Assembly (NCBI GenBank): GCA_030390025.1
Contig: JASTWF010001271.1
Span: 1-64,000 of the forward strand
DNA: 64,000 nucleotides
Source: Squalus acanthias
Lineage: Eukaryota
Reading direction: 5' to 3'
Both the position numbers and the translations under genes were made by a program. Position 1 is the stretch's first letter; each line of letters begins with the position of its first letter. This document shows, one piece after another, positions 59,801 through 64,000 of the stretch. The notes below the pieces were generated by a model. It saw nothing but the letters and a program-made list of their open reading frames with translations, was not told where the DNA came from and did no database searches.

Positions 59801-60120
59801 ATACTCCAAGGTAGACTTTGCAAGATTATCTATTTAAAGCACATTTTGATGAGCCATTCATTGGATTTGTAGGTCAGTTTGGTCCGATTTAATTAAAAGA
59901 TTTCAGTTCATTGACTTTATTCTGGGGATTTTGTTTTGCTGCATCTCATGCAAAATCAGATGAGCTTGAGTACTCTTTAACCAGAGGCTCGCCAGGGTTT
60001 TATTTGAATTCTTGTTACCTTATGGTCCAGTGCTTCAATCATCGCGGATGAATGAGCAAAGGCCTCAAAATGGGATCTGAATGTGCCTTAAATGAATCAA
60101 TGAAAACTTGGATGATTAAA

Positions 60121-64000
<3,880 letters not shown>

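Overview
Repeat-rich vertebrate genomic DNA, almost certainly from a cartilaginous fish (inferred from DeuSINE/SacSINE1-like and HE1-like SINEs, CR1 and Penelope families). It holds a cluster of gastric aspartic-protease genes. The first is a complete 9-exon pepsinogen C (gastricsin)-like gene on + (9869-24309, 393 aa). The second is a pepsinogen A-like gene on +, with intact exons 2-9 (32100-41605) but no recognisable exon 1. The third is a near-identical inverted pepsinogen A-like paralog on - (exons 6-9 at 60121-63488) that runs off the window end. The two A-type copies form the arms of a large palindrome (37752-~44170 vs ~49880-64000) with arm-specific CR1 and Tx1 insertions, and their exons differ almost only at non-synonymous sites. 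Directly upstream of the orphan exon 2 lies a truncated endogenous foamy-virus-like provirus on - (RNase H, integrase, env start, PPT and a 1.1-kb 3' LTR). A second inverted segmental duplication (1-2110 vs 25298-27424) brackets the pepsinogen C gene. Penelope-derived hammerhead ribozyme motifs, Harbinger-type MITEs with hairpin arrays and many SINE/LINE fragments fill the introns. All coordinates and alignments were read by eye; no searches were run.
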